DNA from: Octopus sinensis | Lineage: Eukaryota | Direction: 5' to 3' | DNA: 64,000 nucleotides | Assembly: GCF_006345805.1 (NCBI RefSeq) | Contig: NC_043001.1 | Location: forward strand, 121,272,001-121,336,000 | Shown: one piece after another, positions 1 through 13,538 of the stretch | How positions within the stretch are numbered: position 1 is the first letter of the stretch | How the letters are laid out: every line of letters begins with the position of its first letter | Translations under genes and position numbers: made by a program | Notes under the pieces: model-generated | Databases searched by the model: none | Told to the model about the DNA's origin: nothing | The model's input: only the letters and a program-made list of their open reading frames with translations

Positions 1-1053
1 CATCTTCCCTAATGAAACTAATTAACACAAGCCAACATGAGAAACAAACCAGTCGCTCGAACTGCCAGAAAGAGCAGTCAAATTTTCCCCAATTCATACC
101 TTAAGCTTAAGACAAAGAATATATTGAATAATTATTGGATAATAATAATTTAGAGTTACATTAGAATTGTGTCAAAGACCAGGTTGCAGCGGTGCGACGA
201 AAAATTTGATTCTTCAAAGTAATAAATAAAAAGGGAATTTAAAATGTTTTGGGAAGGGGATGAGGAAGTACTTAAAATGGCTATTCAATTGCTTTGATTG
301 CAAATCACTGCCTCAAATCATGCTTCTTGTTATATGTCTGTTCAATGAAGCCTGACCATGAAATGGACGCCAGCAGCGGCTAACTAGAAGTCCCTACTCA
401 GAATCTCTATCTGCTAAAAATAGCAACGAAATATCCTCAAATGAAGGTTTAATTTCTTAAAACTAGAAGAGAAGTAATTGTAAATATCCCTAAACAAAAC
501 AGGATAGTGACGGTTGGAATGTATATGTTGATAAGGCTGCTACCGGATCAAAGCTGACCTGGGGTTGAACAACAATAACAACAGACCTCCACCAAACCAA
601 CAACAACAGCACCATCACCACTCTACAACCACCGCTACGTCACAAGACCACTGGCGCCACCCATACACCACCACATCATTACTACCCATAAGCATGATCA
701 TTGCTGCAATGTCTGATGCAAGTTCCACTTTATTGAGGCCTAAAGTTATACAAAAACAATAAATAATGTCATGACGTCAATGTTCTGTCACGATTTTCAA
801 AGAATGAAAATATCATTATAGAGTTATTATGATGCCGAAGTCAAGTAGCGTGTTGGTGTGTATGTATATATCTCTCTCATCTAGCTCGTCCCCATAGGAC
901 GCCCCAGTTTGCTCTAATGCATGTGCGTATTTGCGCATCTGTGTATGATTTTTGTATGCGTGTGTATTTTGTGTCTACGTGTATGTCTGTGGATGTAAAT
1001 ATATGTGCTTATATATGCTTGTATGTATTGTCTAAGTATTTGTGTGTATATGT

Positions 1054-1126
<73 letters not shown>

Positions 1127-1426
1127 TGTGTGTTTGTACCTGTGTAAAGGCTTCTTTGTGTATGTATATATTTGGAATTTACAATACAAATAGTTATTTT
1201 GGTATTTATATCAATGATTCAACTTTCTGGAAAGGGAAGGATGTATAGGAGGATGCAGTCAATTGTTTAAACTTCATTACGTGACTATTTATTAGATTCG
1301 TCCAAGAAAGATAAAAGCCAAACTGAACAGTGGCCCAGGACAAGAAGCATCATAAATGAAGAGCTCAACATATTTTGTCCGCTACTTTCACCACAATATT
1401 TTGTAAATGTAATTATGTTTGTGTGG

Positions 1427-1555
1427 TTAAGAATTTCTTTCCATAACTATGTGGTTTCAGGTTCAATCCAACTGCACTGAATTTTGTGCAAGTCCTTCTA
1501 CTATAACCTTGGGTCGACTAATAGCTTTTCAGAAAACTCTGGTGGACGGAATCTC
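1427..1555 (+). mobile_element. Degraded tRNA-derived SINE head (same family as 58887-59270)
   Basis: gtgtggttaagaat...ggttcaatccaactgc...ctactataaccttgggtcgac...gtggacggaa aligns by eye to the intact copy at 58887. Confidence 0.6.
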
Positions 1556-1883
1556 CTTGAAAAGTCGTCAGGATGTTTGATTTAGTCTATTAATCGGTTG
1601 ATCTCCACCACCAGATCTTATGATGCTTTTGTATCGATAACTTTGCTGAAAACATTCTTTGGGGCGAGGACAATCTCCTCCATTCCTATACAGATGATTT
1701 GAAAAGGACCTAGGGCGCTGCACTTCATCCTCTTGTTAAGCATTTAAAACTTATTAAAAAATTCTGAAATGTGAAATGTACTATTATAGTATCAGAAAAT
1801 GATGCATCTAATCAATTTTACCAGTAAACCGCCATATTATTAACAATAATGATAAATCTCGCTTCTCTTCCCCATCTGAGATT

Positions 1884-4800
1884 GGTGCACATACTGTTTA
1901 ATATTCTTTTATCGATCCCAGAAAGCATCTCATACTTATTTCATCAACCCCAAAAGTTTGAAAGGCAAAGTTGACCTCGGTGACATTCGTACTCAGGACA
2001 AAAAGACGGACAAAAGGCCGCTAAGCAACGTAATAACGATTCTGGCCAACGTGGTAACGATTCTGGCCAACGTAATAACGATTCTGGCCAACGTGGTAAC
2101 GATTCTGGCCAACGTGGTAACGATTCTGGCCAGCGTGGTAACGATTCTGGCCAACGTAATAACGATTCTGGCCAACGTGGTAACGATTCTGGCCAACGTG
2201 GTAACGATTCTGGCCAACGTGATAACGATTCTGGCCAACGTGGTAACGATTCTGGCCAACGTGATAATGATTCTGGCCAACGTGGTACCGATTCTGGCCA
2301 ACGTGATAACGATTCTGGCCAACGTAATAACGATTCTGGCCAACGTGATAACGATTCTGGCCAACGTAGTAACGATTCTGGCCAACGTATTAACGATTCT
2401 GGCCAACGTGATAACGATTCTGGCCAACGTGGTAACGATTCTGGCCAACGTGATAACGATTCTGGCCAACGTGGTAACGATTCTGGCCAACGTGGTAACG
2501 ATTCTGGCCAACGTAATAACGATTCTGGCCAACGTGGTAACGATTCTGGCCAACGTGGTAACGATTCTGGCCAACGTGGTAACGATTCTGGCCAACGTGG
2601 TAACGATTCTGGGCAACGTGATAACGATTCTGGCCAACGTTGTAACGATTCTGGCCAACGTGATAATGATTCTGGCCAACGTGGTAACGATTCTGGCCAA
2701 CGTGATAACGATTCTGGCCAACGTAATAACGATTCTGGCCAACGTGATAACGATTCTGGCCAACGTGGTAACGATTCTGGCCAACGTAATAACGATTCTG
2801 GCCAACGTGGTAACGATTCTGGCCAACGTGATAACGATTCTGGCCAAAGTGGTAACGATTCTGGCCAACGTAACAACGATTCTGGCCAACGTAATAACGA
2901 TTCTGGCCAACATGGTAACGATTCTGGCCAACGTAATAACGATTCTGGCCAACGTGGTAACGATTCTGGCCAACGTGATAACGATTCTGGCCAACGTGGT
3001 AACGATTCTGGCCAACGTGGTAACGATTCTGGCCAACGTGGTAACGATTCTGGCCAACGTGGTAACGATTCTGGCCAACGTGATAACGATTCTGGCCAAC
3101 GTGGTAACGATTCTTGTCAGCGTGATAACGATTCTGGCCAAAGTGGTAACGATTCTGGCCAACCTGGTAACGATTCTGGCCAACGTGATAACGATTCTGG
3201 CCAACGTGGTAACGATTCTGGCCAACGTGGTAACGATTCTGGCCAACGTGGTAACGATTCTGGCCAACGTGGTAACGATTCTGGCCAATGTGGTAACGAT
3301 TCTGGCCAACGTAATAACGATTCTGGCCAACGTAATAATGATTTTGGCCAACGTAATAACGATTCTGGCCAACGTGATAACGATTCTGGCCAACGTCATA
3401 ACGATTCTGGCCAACGTGGTAACGATTCTGGCCAACGTAATAACGATTCTGGCCAACGTGGTAACGATTCTGGTCAACGTAATAACGATTCTGGCCAACG
3501 TGATAACGATTCTGGCCAACGTGGTATCGATTCTGGCCAACGTGGTAACGATTCTGGCCAACGTAATAACGATTCTGGCCAACGTGGTAACGATTCTGGC
3601 CAACGTGATAACGATTCTGGCCAACGTGGTAACGATTCTGGCCAACGTGATAACGATTCTGGCCAACGTGATAACGATTCTGGCCAACGTGTTAACGATT
3701 CTGGCCAACGTGATAACGATTCTGGCCAACGTGGTAACGATTCTGGCCAACGTGGTAACGATTCTGGCCAACGTGGTAACGATTCTGGCCAACGTGGTAA
3801 CGATTCTGGCCAATGTGGTAACGATTCTGGCCAACGTAATAACGATTCTGGCCAACGTGATAACGATTCTGGCCAACGTGGTAACGATACTGGCCAACGT
3901 GGTAACGATTCTGGCCAACGTGGTAACGATTCTGGCCAACGTGGTAACGATTCTGGCCAACGTAATAACGATTCTGGCCAACGTGATAACGATTCTGGCC
4001 AACGTGGTAACGATTCTGGCCAACGTAAAAACGATTCTGGCCAACGTGATAACGATTCTGGCCAACGTGGTAACGATTCTGGCCAACGTGGTAACGATTC
4101 TGGGCAACGTGATAACGATTCTGGCCAGCGTTGTAACGATTCTGGCCAACGTGATAATGATTCTGGCCAACGTGGTAACGATTCTGGCCAACGTGATAAC
4201 GATTCTGGCCAATGTGGTAACGATTCTGGCCAATGTGGTAACGATTCTGGCAAAGGTAATAACGATTCTGGCCAACGTGATAACGATTCTGGCCAACGTA
4301 AAAACGATTCTGGCCAACGTGGTAACGATTCTGGCCAACGTAATAACGATTCTGGCCAACGTGGTAACGATTCTGGCCAACGTGGTAACGATTCTGGCCA
4401 ACGTGGTAACGATTCTGGCCAACGTGATAACGATTCTGGCCAACGTGGTAACGATTCTGGCCAACGTGATAATGATTCTGGCCAACGTGGTAACAATTCT
4501 GGCCAACGTGATAACGATTCTGGCCAACGTAATAACGATTCTGGCCAACGTGATAACGATTCTGGCCAACGTGGTAACGATTCTGGCCAACGTGGTAACG
4601 ATTCTGGCCAACGTGGTAACGATTCTGGCCAACGTGGTAACGATTCTGGCCAACGTGGTAACGATTCTGGCCAACGTAATAACGATTCTGGCCAACGTGA
4701 TAACGATTCTGGCCAACGTGGTAACGATTCTGGCCAACGTAAAAACGATTCTGGCCAACGTGGTAACGATTCTGGCCAACGTGGTAACGATTCTGGCCAA

Positions 4801-7800
4801 CGTGGTAACGATTCTGGGCAACGTGTAACGATTCTGGCCAACGTTGTAACGATTCTGGCCAACGTGATAATGATTCTGGCCAACGTGGTAACGATTCTGG
4901 CCAACGTGATAACGATTCTGGCCAACGTGATAACGATTCTGGCCAAAGTGGTAACGATTCTGGCAAACGTAATAACGATTCTGGCCAACGTGATAACGAT
5001 TCTGGCCAACGTGGTAACGATTCTGGCCAACGTGGTAACGATTCTGGCCAACGTAATAACGATTCTGGCCAACGTGGTAACGATTCTGGCCAACGTGGTA
5101 ACGATTCTGGCCAACGTGGTAACGATTCTGGCCAACGTGATAACGATTCTTGCCAACGTGGTAACGATTCTGGCCAACGTGATAATGATTCTGGCCAACG
5201 TGGTAACAATTCTGGCCAACATGATAACGATTCTGGCCAACGTAATAACGATTCTGGCCAACGTGATAACGATTCTGGCTAACGTGGTAACGATTCTGGG
5301 CAACGTGGTAACGATTCTGGACAACGTGGTAACGATTCTGGCCAACGTGGTAACGATTCTGGCCAATGTGGTAACGATTCTGGCAAACGTAATAACGATT
5401 CTGGCCAACGTGATAACGATTCTGGCCAACGTGGTAACGATTCTGGCCAACGTGGTAACGATTCTGGCCAACGTAATAACGATTCTGGCCAACGTGGTAA
5501 CGATTCTGGCCAACGTGGTAACGATTCTGGCCAACGTGGTAACGATTCTGGCCAACGTGATAACGATTCTGGCCAACGTGGTAACGATTCTGGCCAACGT
5601 GATAATGATTCTGGCCAACGTGGTAACAATTCTGGCTAACGTGATAACGATTCTGGCCAACGTGGTAACGATTCTGGCCAACGTGGTAACGATTCTGGCC
5701 AATGTGGTAACGATTCTGGCCAACGTAATAACGATTCTGGCCAACGTGATAACGATTCTGGCCAACGTGATAACGATTCTGGCCAACGTAAAAACGATTC
5801 TGGCCAACGTGGTAACGATTCTGGCCAACGTGGTAACGATTCTGGCCAACGTGGTAACGATTCTGGGCAACGTGATAACGATTCTGGCCAACGTTGTAAC
5901 GATTCTGGCCAACGTGATAATGATTCTGGCCAACGTGGTAACGATGGCCAACGTGATAACGATTCTGGCCAACGTAATAACGATTCTGGCCAACGTGATA
6001 ACGATTCTGGCCAACGTGGTAACGATTCTGGCCAACGTAATAACGATTCTGGCCAACGTGGTAACGATTCTGGCCAACGTGATAACGATTCTGGCCAAAG
6101 TGGTAACGATTCTGGCCAACGTAACAACGATTCTGGCCAACGTAATAACGATTCTGGCCAACATGGTCACGATTCTGGCCAACGTAATAACGATTCTGGC
6201 CAACGTGGTAACGATTCTGGCCAACGTGATAACGATTCTGGCCAACGTGATAACGATTCTGGCCAACGTGGTAACGATTCTGGCCAACGTGGTAACGATT
6301 CTGGACAACGTGGTAACGATTCTGGCCAACGTGGTAACGATTCTGGCCAACGTGATAACGATTCTGGCCAACGTGGTAACGATTCTTGTCAACGTGATAA
6401 CGATTCTGGCCAACGTAATAACGATTCTGGCCAACGTGGTAACGATTCTGGCCAACGTCATAACGATTCTGGCCAACGTAATAATGATTTTGGCCAACGT
6501 AATAACGATTCTGGCCAACGTGATAACGATTCTGGCCAACGTTATAACGATTCTGGCCAACGTGATAACGATTCTGGCCAACGTAATAACGATTCTGGCC
6601 AACGTGGTAACGATTCTGGCCAACGTAATAATGATTCTGGCCAACGTGGTAACGATTCTGGCCAACGTGATAACGATTCTGGCAAACGTGATAACGATTC
6701 TGGCCAACGTGGTAACGATTCTGGCCAACGTGATAACGATTCTGGCCAACGTGATAACGATTCTGGCCAACGTGGTAATGATTCTGGCCAACGTGATAAC
6801 GATTCTGGCCAACGTGATAACGATTCTGGCCAACGTGGTAACGATTCTGGCCAACGTGGTAACGATTCTGGCCAACGTGGTAACGATTCTGGCCAACGTG
6901 ATAACGATTCTGGCCAACGTGATGACGATTCTGGCCAACGTGGTAACGATTCTGGCCAACGTGGTAACGATTCTGGCTAACGTGATAACGATTCTGGCCA
7001 ACGTGGTAACGATTCTGGCCAACGTAATAACGATTCTGCCCAACGTAATAACGATTTTGGCCAACGTAATAACGATTCTGGCCAACGTTATAACGATTCT
7101 GGCCAACGTCATAACGATTCTGGCCAACGTGGTAACGATTCTGGCCAACGTAATAACGATTCTGGCCAACGTTGTAACGATTCTGGTCAACGTAATAACG
7201 ATTCTGGCCAACGTGATAACGATTCTGGCCAACGTGGTAACGATTCTGGCCAACGTGGTAACGATTCTGGCCAACGTAATAACGATTCTGGCCAACGTGG
7301 TAACGATTCTGGCCAACGTGGTAACGATTCTGGCCAACGTGATAACGATTCTGGCCAACGTGGTAACGATACTGGCCAACGTGGTAACGATTCTGGCCAA
7401 CGTGGTAACGATTCTGGCCAACGTGATAACGATTCTGGCCAACGTGGTAACGATTCTGGCCAACGTGGTAACGATTCTGGCCAACGTGGTAACGATTCTG
7501 GCCAACGTGGTAACGATTCTGGCCAACGTGATAACGATTCTGGCCAACGTGATAACGATTCTGGCCAACGTGATAACGATTCTGGCAAACGTGATAACGA
7601 TTCTGGCCAACGTGGTAACGATTCTGGCCAACGTGATAACGATTCTGGCCAACGTAACAACGATTCTGGCCAACGTGATTACGATTCTGGCCAACGTGAT
7701 TACGATTCTGGCCAACGTGATAACGATTCTGGCCAACGTGGTAACGATTCTGGCCAACGTGGTAACGATTCTGGCCAACGTGATAACGATTCTGGCCAAC

Positions 7801-9298
7801 GTGATAACGATTCTGGCCAACGTGGTAACGATTCTGGCCAACGTGGTAACGATTCTGGCCAACGTGATAACGATTCTGGCCAACGTGGTAACGATTCTGG
7901 CCAACGTGATAACGATTCTGGCCAACGTGATAACGATTCTGGCCAACGTGGTAACGATTCTGGCCAACGTGATAACGATTCTGGCCAACGTGGTAACGAT
8001 TCTGGCCAACGTGATAACGATTCTGGCCAACGTGATGACGATTCTGGCCAACGTGGTAACGATTCTGGCCAACGTGATAACGATTCTGGCCAACGTGGTA
8101 ACGATTCTGGCCAACGTGATAACGATTCTGGCCAACGTGATAACGATTCTGGCCAACGTGATAACGATTCTGGCAAACGTGATAACGATTCTGGCCAACG
8201 TGATAACGATTCTGGCCAACGTGATAACGATTCTGGCCAACGTGATAACGATTCTGGCCAACGTGATAACGATTCTGGCCAACGTGATAACGATTCTGGC
8301 CAACGTGGTAACGATTCTGGCCAACGTGGTAACGATTCTGGCCAACGTGATAACGATTCTGGCCAACGTGGTAACGATTCTGGCCAACGTGGTAACGATT
8401 CTGGCCAACGTGATAACGATTCTGGCCAACGTGGTAACGATTCTGGCCAACGTGATAACGATTCTGGCCAACGTGATAACGATTCTGGCCAACGTGATAA
8501 CGATTCTGGCCAACGTGGTAACGATTCTGGCCAACGTGGTAACGATTCTGGCCAACGTGATAACGATTCTGGCCAACGTGATGACGATTCTGGCCAACGT
8601 GGTAACGATTCTGGCCAACGTTATAACGATTCTGGCCAACGTGGTAACGATTCTGGCCAACGTGGTAACGATTCTGGCCAACGTGGTAACGATTCTGGAC
8701 AACGTGGTAACGATTCTGGCCAACATGATAACGATTCTGGCCAACGTGGTAGCGATTCTGGCCAACGTGATAACGATTCTGGCCAACGTGGTAACGATTC
8801 TGGCCAACGTGATAACGATTCTGGCCAACGTGGTAACGATTCTGGCCAACGTGGTAACGATTCTGGCCAACGTAATAACGATTCTGGCCAACGTGGTAAC
8901 GATTCTGGCCAATGTGGTAACGATTCTGGCCAACGTGGTAACGATTCTGGACAACGTGGTAACGATTCTGGCCAACGTGGTAACGATTCTGGCCAACGTA
9001 ATAACGATTCTGGCCAACGTGGTAACGATTCTGGCCAACGTGGTAGCGATTCTGGCCAACGTGGTAACGATTCTGGCCAACGTGGTAACGATTCTGGCCA
9101 ACGTGATAATGAATCTGGCCAACGTGTTAACGATTCTGGCCAACGTGATAACGATTCTGGCCAACGTGGTAACGATTCTGGCCAACGTGGTAACGATTCT
9201 GGCCAACGTAATAACGATTCTGGCCAACGTAATAACGATTCTGGCCAACGTGGTAACGATTCTGGCCAACGTGATAACGATTCTGCCAATTCGCCACC
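1884..9298 (-). mobile_element. tRNA-derived SINE (second family) split by the 21-bp minisatellite: body/B-box at 1884-2025, 5' head at 9288-9298
   Basis: 1931-2025 (catcaaccccaaaag..aaaggcaaagttgacctcggtgacattcgtactcagg..gccgctaagca) matches the uninterrupted copy at 17930-18065. The array ends in aacgattctgccaattcgccacc, matching that copy's aactatcctgtcagctcg head. Confidence 0.75.
2026..9287. repeat. 21-bp minisatellite, consensus CAACGTG(G/A)TAACGATTCTGGC, about 345 units, CpG-rich
   Basis: Directly visible tandem array. Variation is concentrated in the GTGGTA/GTGATA/GTAATA core. About 7260 bp divided by 21. Confidence 0.99.
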
Positions 9299-9299
9299 T

Positions 9300-10090
9300 G
9301 GAAGCTGAACATGCCACTCCCAGCATACCAAACCTACAGATACCGAATTGACGGGGGAAGTCGTAAACAACAAATATTGGTTTGCCTTGAAAAGGGCAAT
9401 TTGAGTACAATCAGTTTTTTTTATAAGGCATTAGTGAAGGTAATATGGGACTGTGGTCGCAGCTGCAACAACGAATAGGAAGTTGCGCAGGATGGCTACA
9501 GTGACCTACTCCTCTGACCAGTTGGTGATGCTTCCCTTATATATGGGACGTCGTGTGACCGAGGCCAGGCTCTCAAATGTACCTCCTCATAGGGACCAAG
9601 CAAGAGTAATGGCAATGCTAGAAGAGTACGGGGAGACAATAAGCATGAAAACAAGGGCCCAACAAAACAAAGCAAGAGTGTCAATGGAGTTTCAGTTGTT
9701 TGTTCCGGAAGCAGTCCATACAATCCCAGATTTTTTTTCTGCTTCGGAGAGTACGATAGATGCGGATGGTCATAGAAGGGTTGGAAACTCAGGCGTCATA
9801 TTTGTTGCAAAACCTATCACGTAAAAGCTTTCTGTCCCTCTGTGAAAAAGTCGAGAGAGGTACTTCACACTGCACCACTATTCCCAACGCTAAATCCGTT
9901 ACAGATCCAAAGAGGGAAGCAGCGGCAATAACAACAATCACACAAGCAGATAGAAAAATGTCCACCAAAATTTCTGACTCTTCGGATATAGAATGGGCCT
10001 CTGACGAGACAAAATCACCCGAGTATGTGATCATCGAGCAGTCTCCCGCCAAAAAAAAGAGAGAGAGAGAGAAGGTGAAATAACTCCTAA
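9300..10090 (+). pseudogene. Decayed Gag-like/ORF1 remnant of a retroelement (RRM-like segment plus CCHC zinc knuckle)
   Basis: Pieces in three frames: MGRRVTEARLSNVPP..VMAMLEEYGE (9453 ORF), MVIEG (9760 ORF), and at 9794 [C>R]HICCKTYHVKAFCP = Cx2Cx4Hx4C with the first Cys mutated (cgt). Confidence 0.5.
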
Positions 10091-10167
10091 ATTCCAAAAG
10101 TTTGTGGGCACCAGGCTGAAGAACTCTGTGCCAAATCTCGAAACCAAAGTTACAAACCAACAGCAAA

Positions 10168-10243
10168 AAGAAGAAGAAGAAGAAGAAGAAGAAGAAGAAG
10201 AAGAAGAAGAAGAAGAAGAAGAAGAAGAAGAGAAGAAGAAGAA
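10168..10243. repeat. (GAA)n microsatellite
   Basis: About 25 GAA units visible. Confidence 0.97.
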
Positions 10244-10704
10244 ATAAACCAACTACAACATCAAGAACTGAAACAGCATTCTCAATAACAGCGAGAGACA
10301 GAACAGGATCAGCAACAGGGGAAGCCTAAACAAAAACAACTAAAACGACAACAACCACATCAACTACAAAAAACGGAACTATAAGAACATTTCTCGGACA
10401 AGCCTCTGAAAATTATACGGAAGGAGGACGAGGAATTTCTGGAGTTTGTAGATTGAAATAAAGACAAAATTTTGACAATGGGCGAGGGTCTTGATACTCT
10501 CATCATTGCCAGAATCCCAGAAGAGGGAGTCATTGACACCCCCTGGGAGATTGGAAGAATGGACTAGCCGAACTCTTATAAAGAGTAGAGGTCAGTAAGA
10601 ATCGAAAAGAGCGTTTTGGTAGTCTCGAAATACGTTGTGTGAACACATTGATTAACCCTCGCTTCGTTAATTTATAAAGCCAGCTTGTGACAAGCATATA
10701 AAAG

Positions 10705-12170
10705 TGGCGACGAGATATTCGAAGTTTACGTCGGACGTTTAGATTTTTTTTAAAGAGAAATCATTAACATGGAGATTCGTAGGCTTGCGTGGTGAAGTTG
10801 CAACAACAAAAACAACAACAATTACAACAACTACAACAGCAGCAATATAATGCCAACAGTTGCTGGAAGTAATGTTGAAAAAGTCCGAAAATATTTCAGG
10901 TTCGTTCTCGTCTGACAGCGTAGCAAATTCAATCAGAGAATTTATTTATAACCCAGAGGGTACTACTTTTTCTGCATATTTTAGAAGATATGAAGAAATC
11001 TTCAAAGAAAAATGTAAAAATTGGAATGACGAAAAGAAGGTGCAACTACGTTTAAGGAAGTTATCCCTTGCCAAACACGAAAATTACCGTAACTATATTC
11101 TGTCGAAGAAACCAGGTGAGATTTGTTTCGATGAAACAGTTAATTTGTTATCGAGAATTTTCAGCGAAAGAAGTTCCCTGTTCAATACTCGTTGGCAATG
11201 TTTAAATTTAGTTAACAGATGACGATTTCCTTATGCTGGAGTAGTTAACCGAGAGTGTGAAAAAGTAAATGAAATAACCCCGAATTTTTCAAATGTCTAA
11301 TTTTTGTTCAAGGGTTAACGGCAAAAAAAGATACTGACATACATTCCCGTATACTAAAAAAAATAGAACAGGCTCAAAAATTAACTATACAGGCAACGGC
11401 TGAAGAATGCCATAGGATTATAAATTTAAGGCATGACGCGGCCAAAATTGAAGAAAAAGTTTGCTCTCAGATACATGCGTATCGACCTGAAACGAATAAT
11501 AAAAAAGAAAAACGAACATCAAGACCAAATCCATGCTATGAGTACAGAGGTTTACATTTGAAAAGTAATTATCTTTTTAAAAATCGTAAATGTTTTGATT
11601 GTGGAAAAACCGGGCATAAAACCTCAACTTAGAAAGAATGTATTGCTAAAAAATTCTAAGCGAGGATCAGAGAAGAAAATGTGTGTCCATAAAAATGAAT
11701 TGTGTTAATACCAAGTTACAAATGGATACGAGCAGAGATATCACGATAATTAATACAGATACATGGAAAAAAATAGGGAAACCTAGATTAAAGAAAACCT
11801 CGAAAATTGCGCGAGGTGTTTCAGGAAAAAAATTGCATTTTACGGGCGAAATGATAAGTGATGTTACATTTCGTGGAAAAACCAAAGTTTTTGTGTTGAA
11901 AAATGCAAATTTATTTCAAACAGACTGGATGGAACTATTTAACTTATGGGACTTCCCTGTACATATTCTTTTGTAAAAATATGAATAGTTCCATCACCAG
12001 TACAAACAAGGCATCGGAAGATTTAAAAAAAGTTTAAAACAAATTTTTCCTGGAGTTTTTTTTTTCCTGAGGAATTGGGTCTTTGCACTAAAACAGAGGC
12101 GAAGTTTTCGAGAGAAAGAAAACGCTATACTGGTATTTAAACCGAGAATAACGGTACCTTTCGCAGCGTT
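10705..12170 (+). mobile_element. 3'-truncated Ty3/Gypsy LTR retrotransposon (K02A2.6/Mag-like): PBS, gag, zinc knuckles, aspartic protease, start of RT
   Basis: PBS-like TGGCGACGAG at 10705. Gag FSAYFRRYEEIF..KKVQLRLRKL..SLFNTRWQCLNL (10860-11222). Knuckle CFDCGKTGHK at 11591. Protease MDT(G)SRDITIIN..WKKIGKP..DWMELFNLW (11683-11976). Pre-RT FP-VF-EELGLCTK..VFKP..VPFAA to about 12170. Frameshifted; no 3' LTR seen. Confidence 0.85.
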
Positions 12171-12220
12171 TAACTGTTATATAAACATAACACATTCTCT
12201 TTTCTTTTCTCCTCTTATAG

Positions 12221-12361
12221 TTGCTGCCCTCACCTGCTACTATTGCTCCAATCGAGTGGAGAAGGCCTGTGGCGGCAACTTTCAATCATATTTATTCAAA
12301 AGTTCAACGTGCGATTCCACATATTCAAAATGCGCTCTGCAGAAAAACCCACCCCTGAAAG
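12221..12361 (+). CDS. Internal coding exon (phase 1/1, 141 nt) of a Ly6/uPAR three-finger, Quiver/Sleepless-like GPI-anchored protein; N-terminal half of the LU domain
   Basis: Polypyrimidine acceptor ttctcttttcttttctcctcttatag| and donor AAAG|gtaagt. Translation (x)AALTCYYCSNRVEKACGGNFQSYLFKSSTCDSTYSKCALQKNPPLK(D) carries Cys1-5 of the LU pattern (LxCYxC start) and splices in frame to 18465. Confidence 0.9.
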
Positions 12362-12764
12362 GTAAGTCAACATACACATGGTTATACACATATATCGTTA
12401 CACACAAACACACATGAATATGTATACAAACAGGTACGCACATATGACAATACAAGCATACAACCCCCCCCCCATAATTCTTGCATTTGCACACAGTCAC
12501 ACTTATAAATAGGGTAATACAGACATATTAAACAAAACAAGCCGGAACTGGATAATGCAGAACTAGAAACTGTACATGCAAACATTTAAGTGGAAAATTC
12601 TCGGGTAAAAGGCTATCCGTATATTTCTTATCTTATATCTAAATAACTTCACCAAAAACAACAACAACAACAACAATAATAATAATATAATAATAATAAT
12701 AATAATACAAGGCACAGAAACACTAATACAACCCAGTAGGAAAACTGAAAAATAAATCTCAAAG

Positions 12765-13255
12765 ACTGGAATATCTACAACTTCCTGTGAGTATTTTAAA
12801 TTTCCCTCGAAATAAGAAACATATATCTATAGTTTTCGAACACAGAAACGATCAGCTTTAAAAATTTTAATATCCACAACTTCTGCGAATACATATCCTT
12901 TTCTTTCTCCCTGACAATTCGAAAATGTAAACATCCTCTTTATTATAAGAACACTATAGTTTTCTCTTTTCGGACATACAAAAGATCATCGTTAGTAAAT
13001 TTTTAAAACTTTAATGTCTACAATTTTCTGTAAAACTTTTACCCTCCTTTTCTTTCCTTTCCTTCCTCCTTGAGTATTCGAAAATGTAGACATCCTTTTT
13101 ATTGCAAAAACAGTCGTCTCTCATCGGACATATAAAGGAACATCTAAAAAAGTTTTTTTTTAAATTTTAATATCTACAATTTTGTGTGAAAATTTTATCT
13201 TTCTTTTTTCCTTGACTAACCGAATATGTAAACATTCCTTTTATTGTAACAACAC
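12765..13255. repeat. Degenerate ~150-bp tandem repeat (about 3-3.5 copies) in intron 2
   Basis: Recurring atatctacaa(c/t)tt...cttga..ttcgaaaatgtaaacatcct.ttatt...cggacata.aaa blocks. Confidence 0.7.
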
Positions 13256-13538
13256 AATTAAGTGCACGATAAAAAACAAAAAATTAAGAAGGTAATCACC
13301 TGCCAATATATAGAAACTGCACAATTACAAAAACTGTAAACCACAGTAAAACTTATAAAAAGAAAAGAAAAATTTCAAAGGAAAAATAATTCAATGAAGT
13401 GAACATCAGTATATATACATATATACATAAAATAAAAAAGAGTGAAAAAACTACAGAAGGCTTGTTTTATAAGGTTGAAGAATATATTTAAGTCGTTATG
13501 TTAGAAAAATGTTATAAAATTTTGTGTATAGTAACATA

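Noticed and set aside
565-762. Poly-Q/H-rich 65-aa ORF
   Set aside because: Low-complexity CAN trinucleotide tract with no splice or homology support.
1160-1470. Candidate signal-peptide first exons for the Ly6-like gene (MYIFGIYNTNSYF|gtattt; MFVWLRISF..|gttcaa)
   Set aside because: Not hydrophobic signal peptides, weak donors, and the second lies in a SINE. The first exon is probably upstream of the window.
2026-9287. CRISPR-like appearance of the 21-bp array (and of the 87-bp satellite)
   Set aside because: No unique spacers, no cas genes, eukaryotic context.
1944-9410. Giant ORFs (956-1978 aa; ANVVTIL, LARIVTT, WPESLPR, GQNRYHV repeats)
   Set aside because: They follow from a 21-nt unit that lacks stops in 5 of 6 frames. 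They are open on both strands, show no unique domain or splice context, and the array is traceable to a SINE head.
10605-10640. GAG..CTCGAAA resembling another hammerhead
   Set aside because: No CUGANGA-like core or stem I could be identified.
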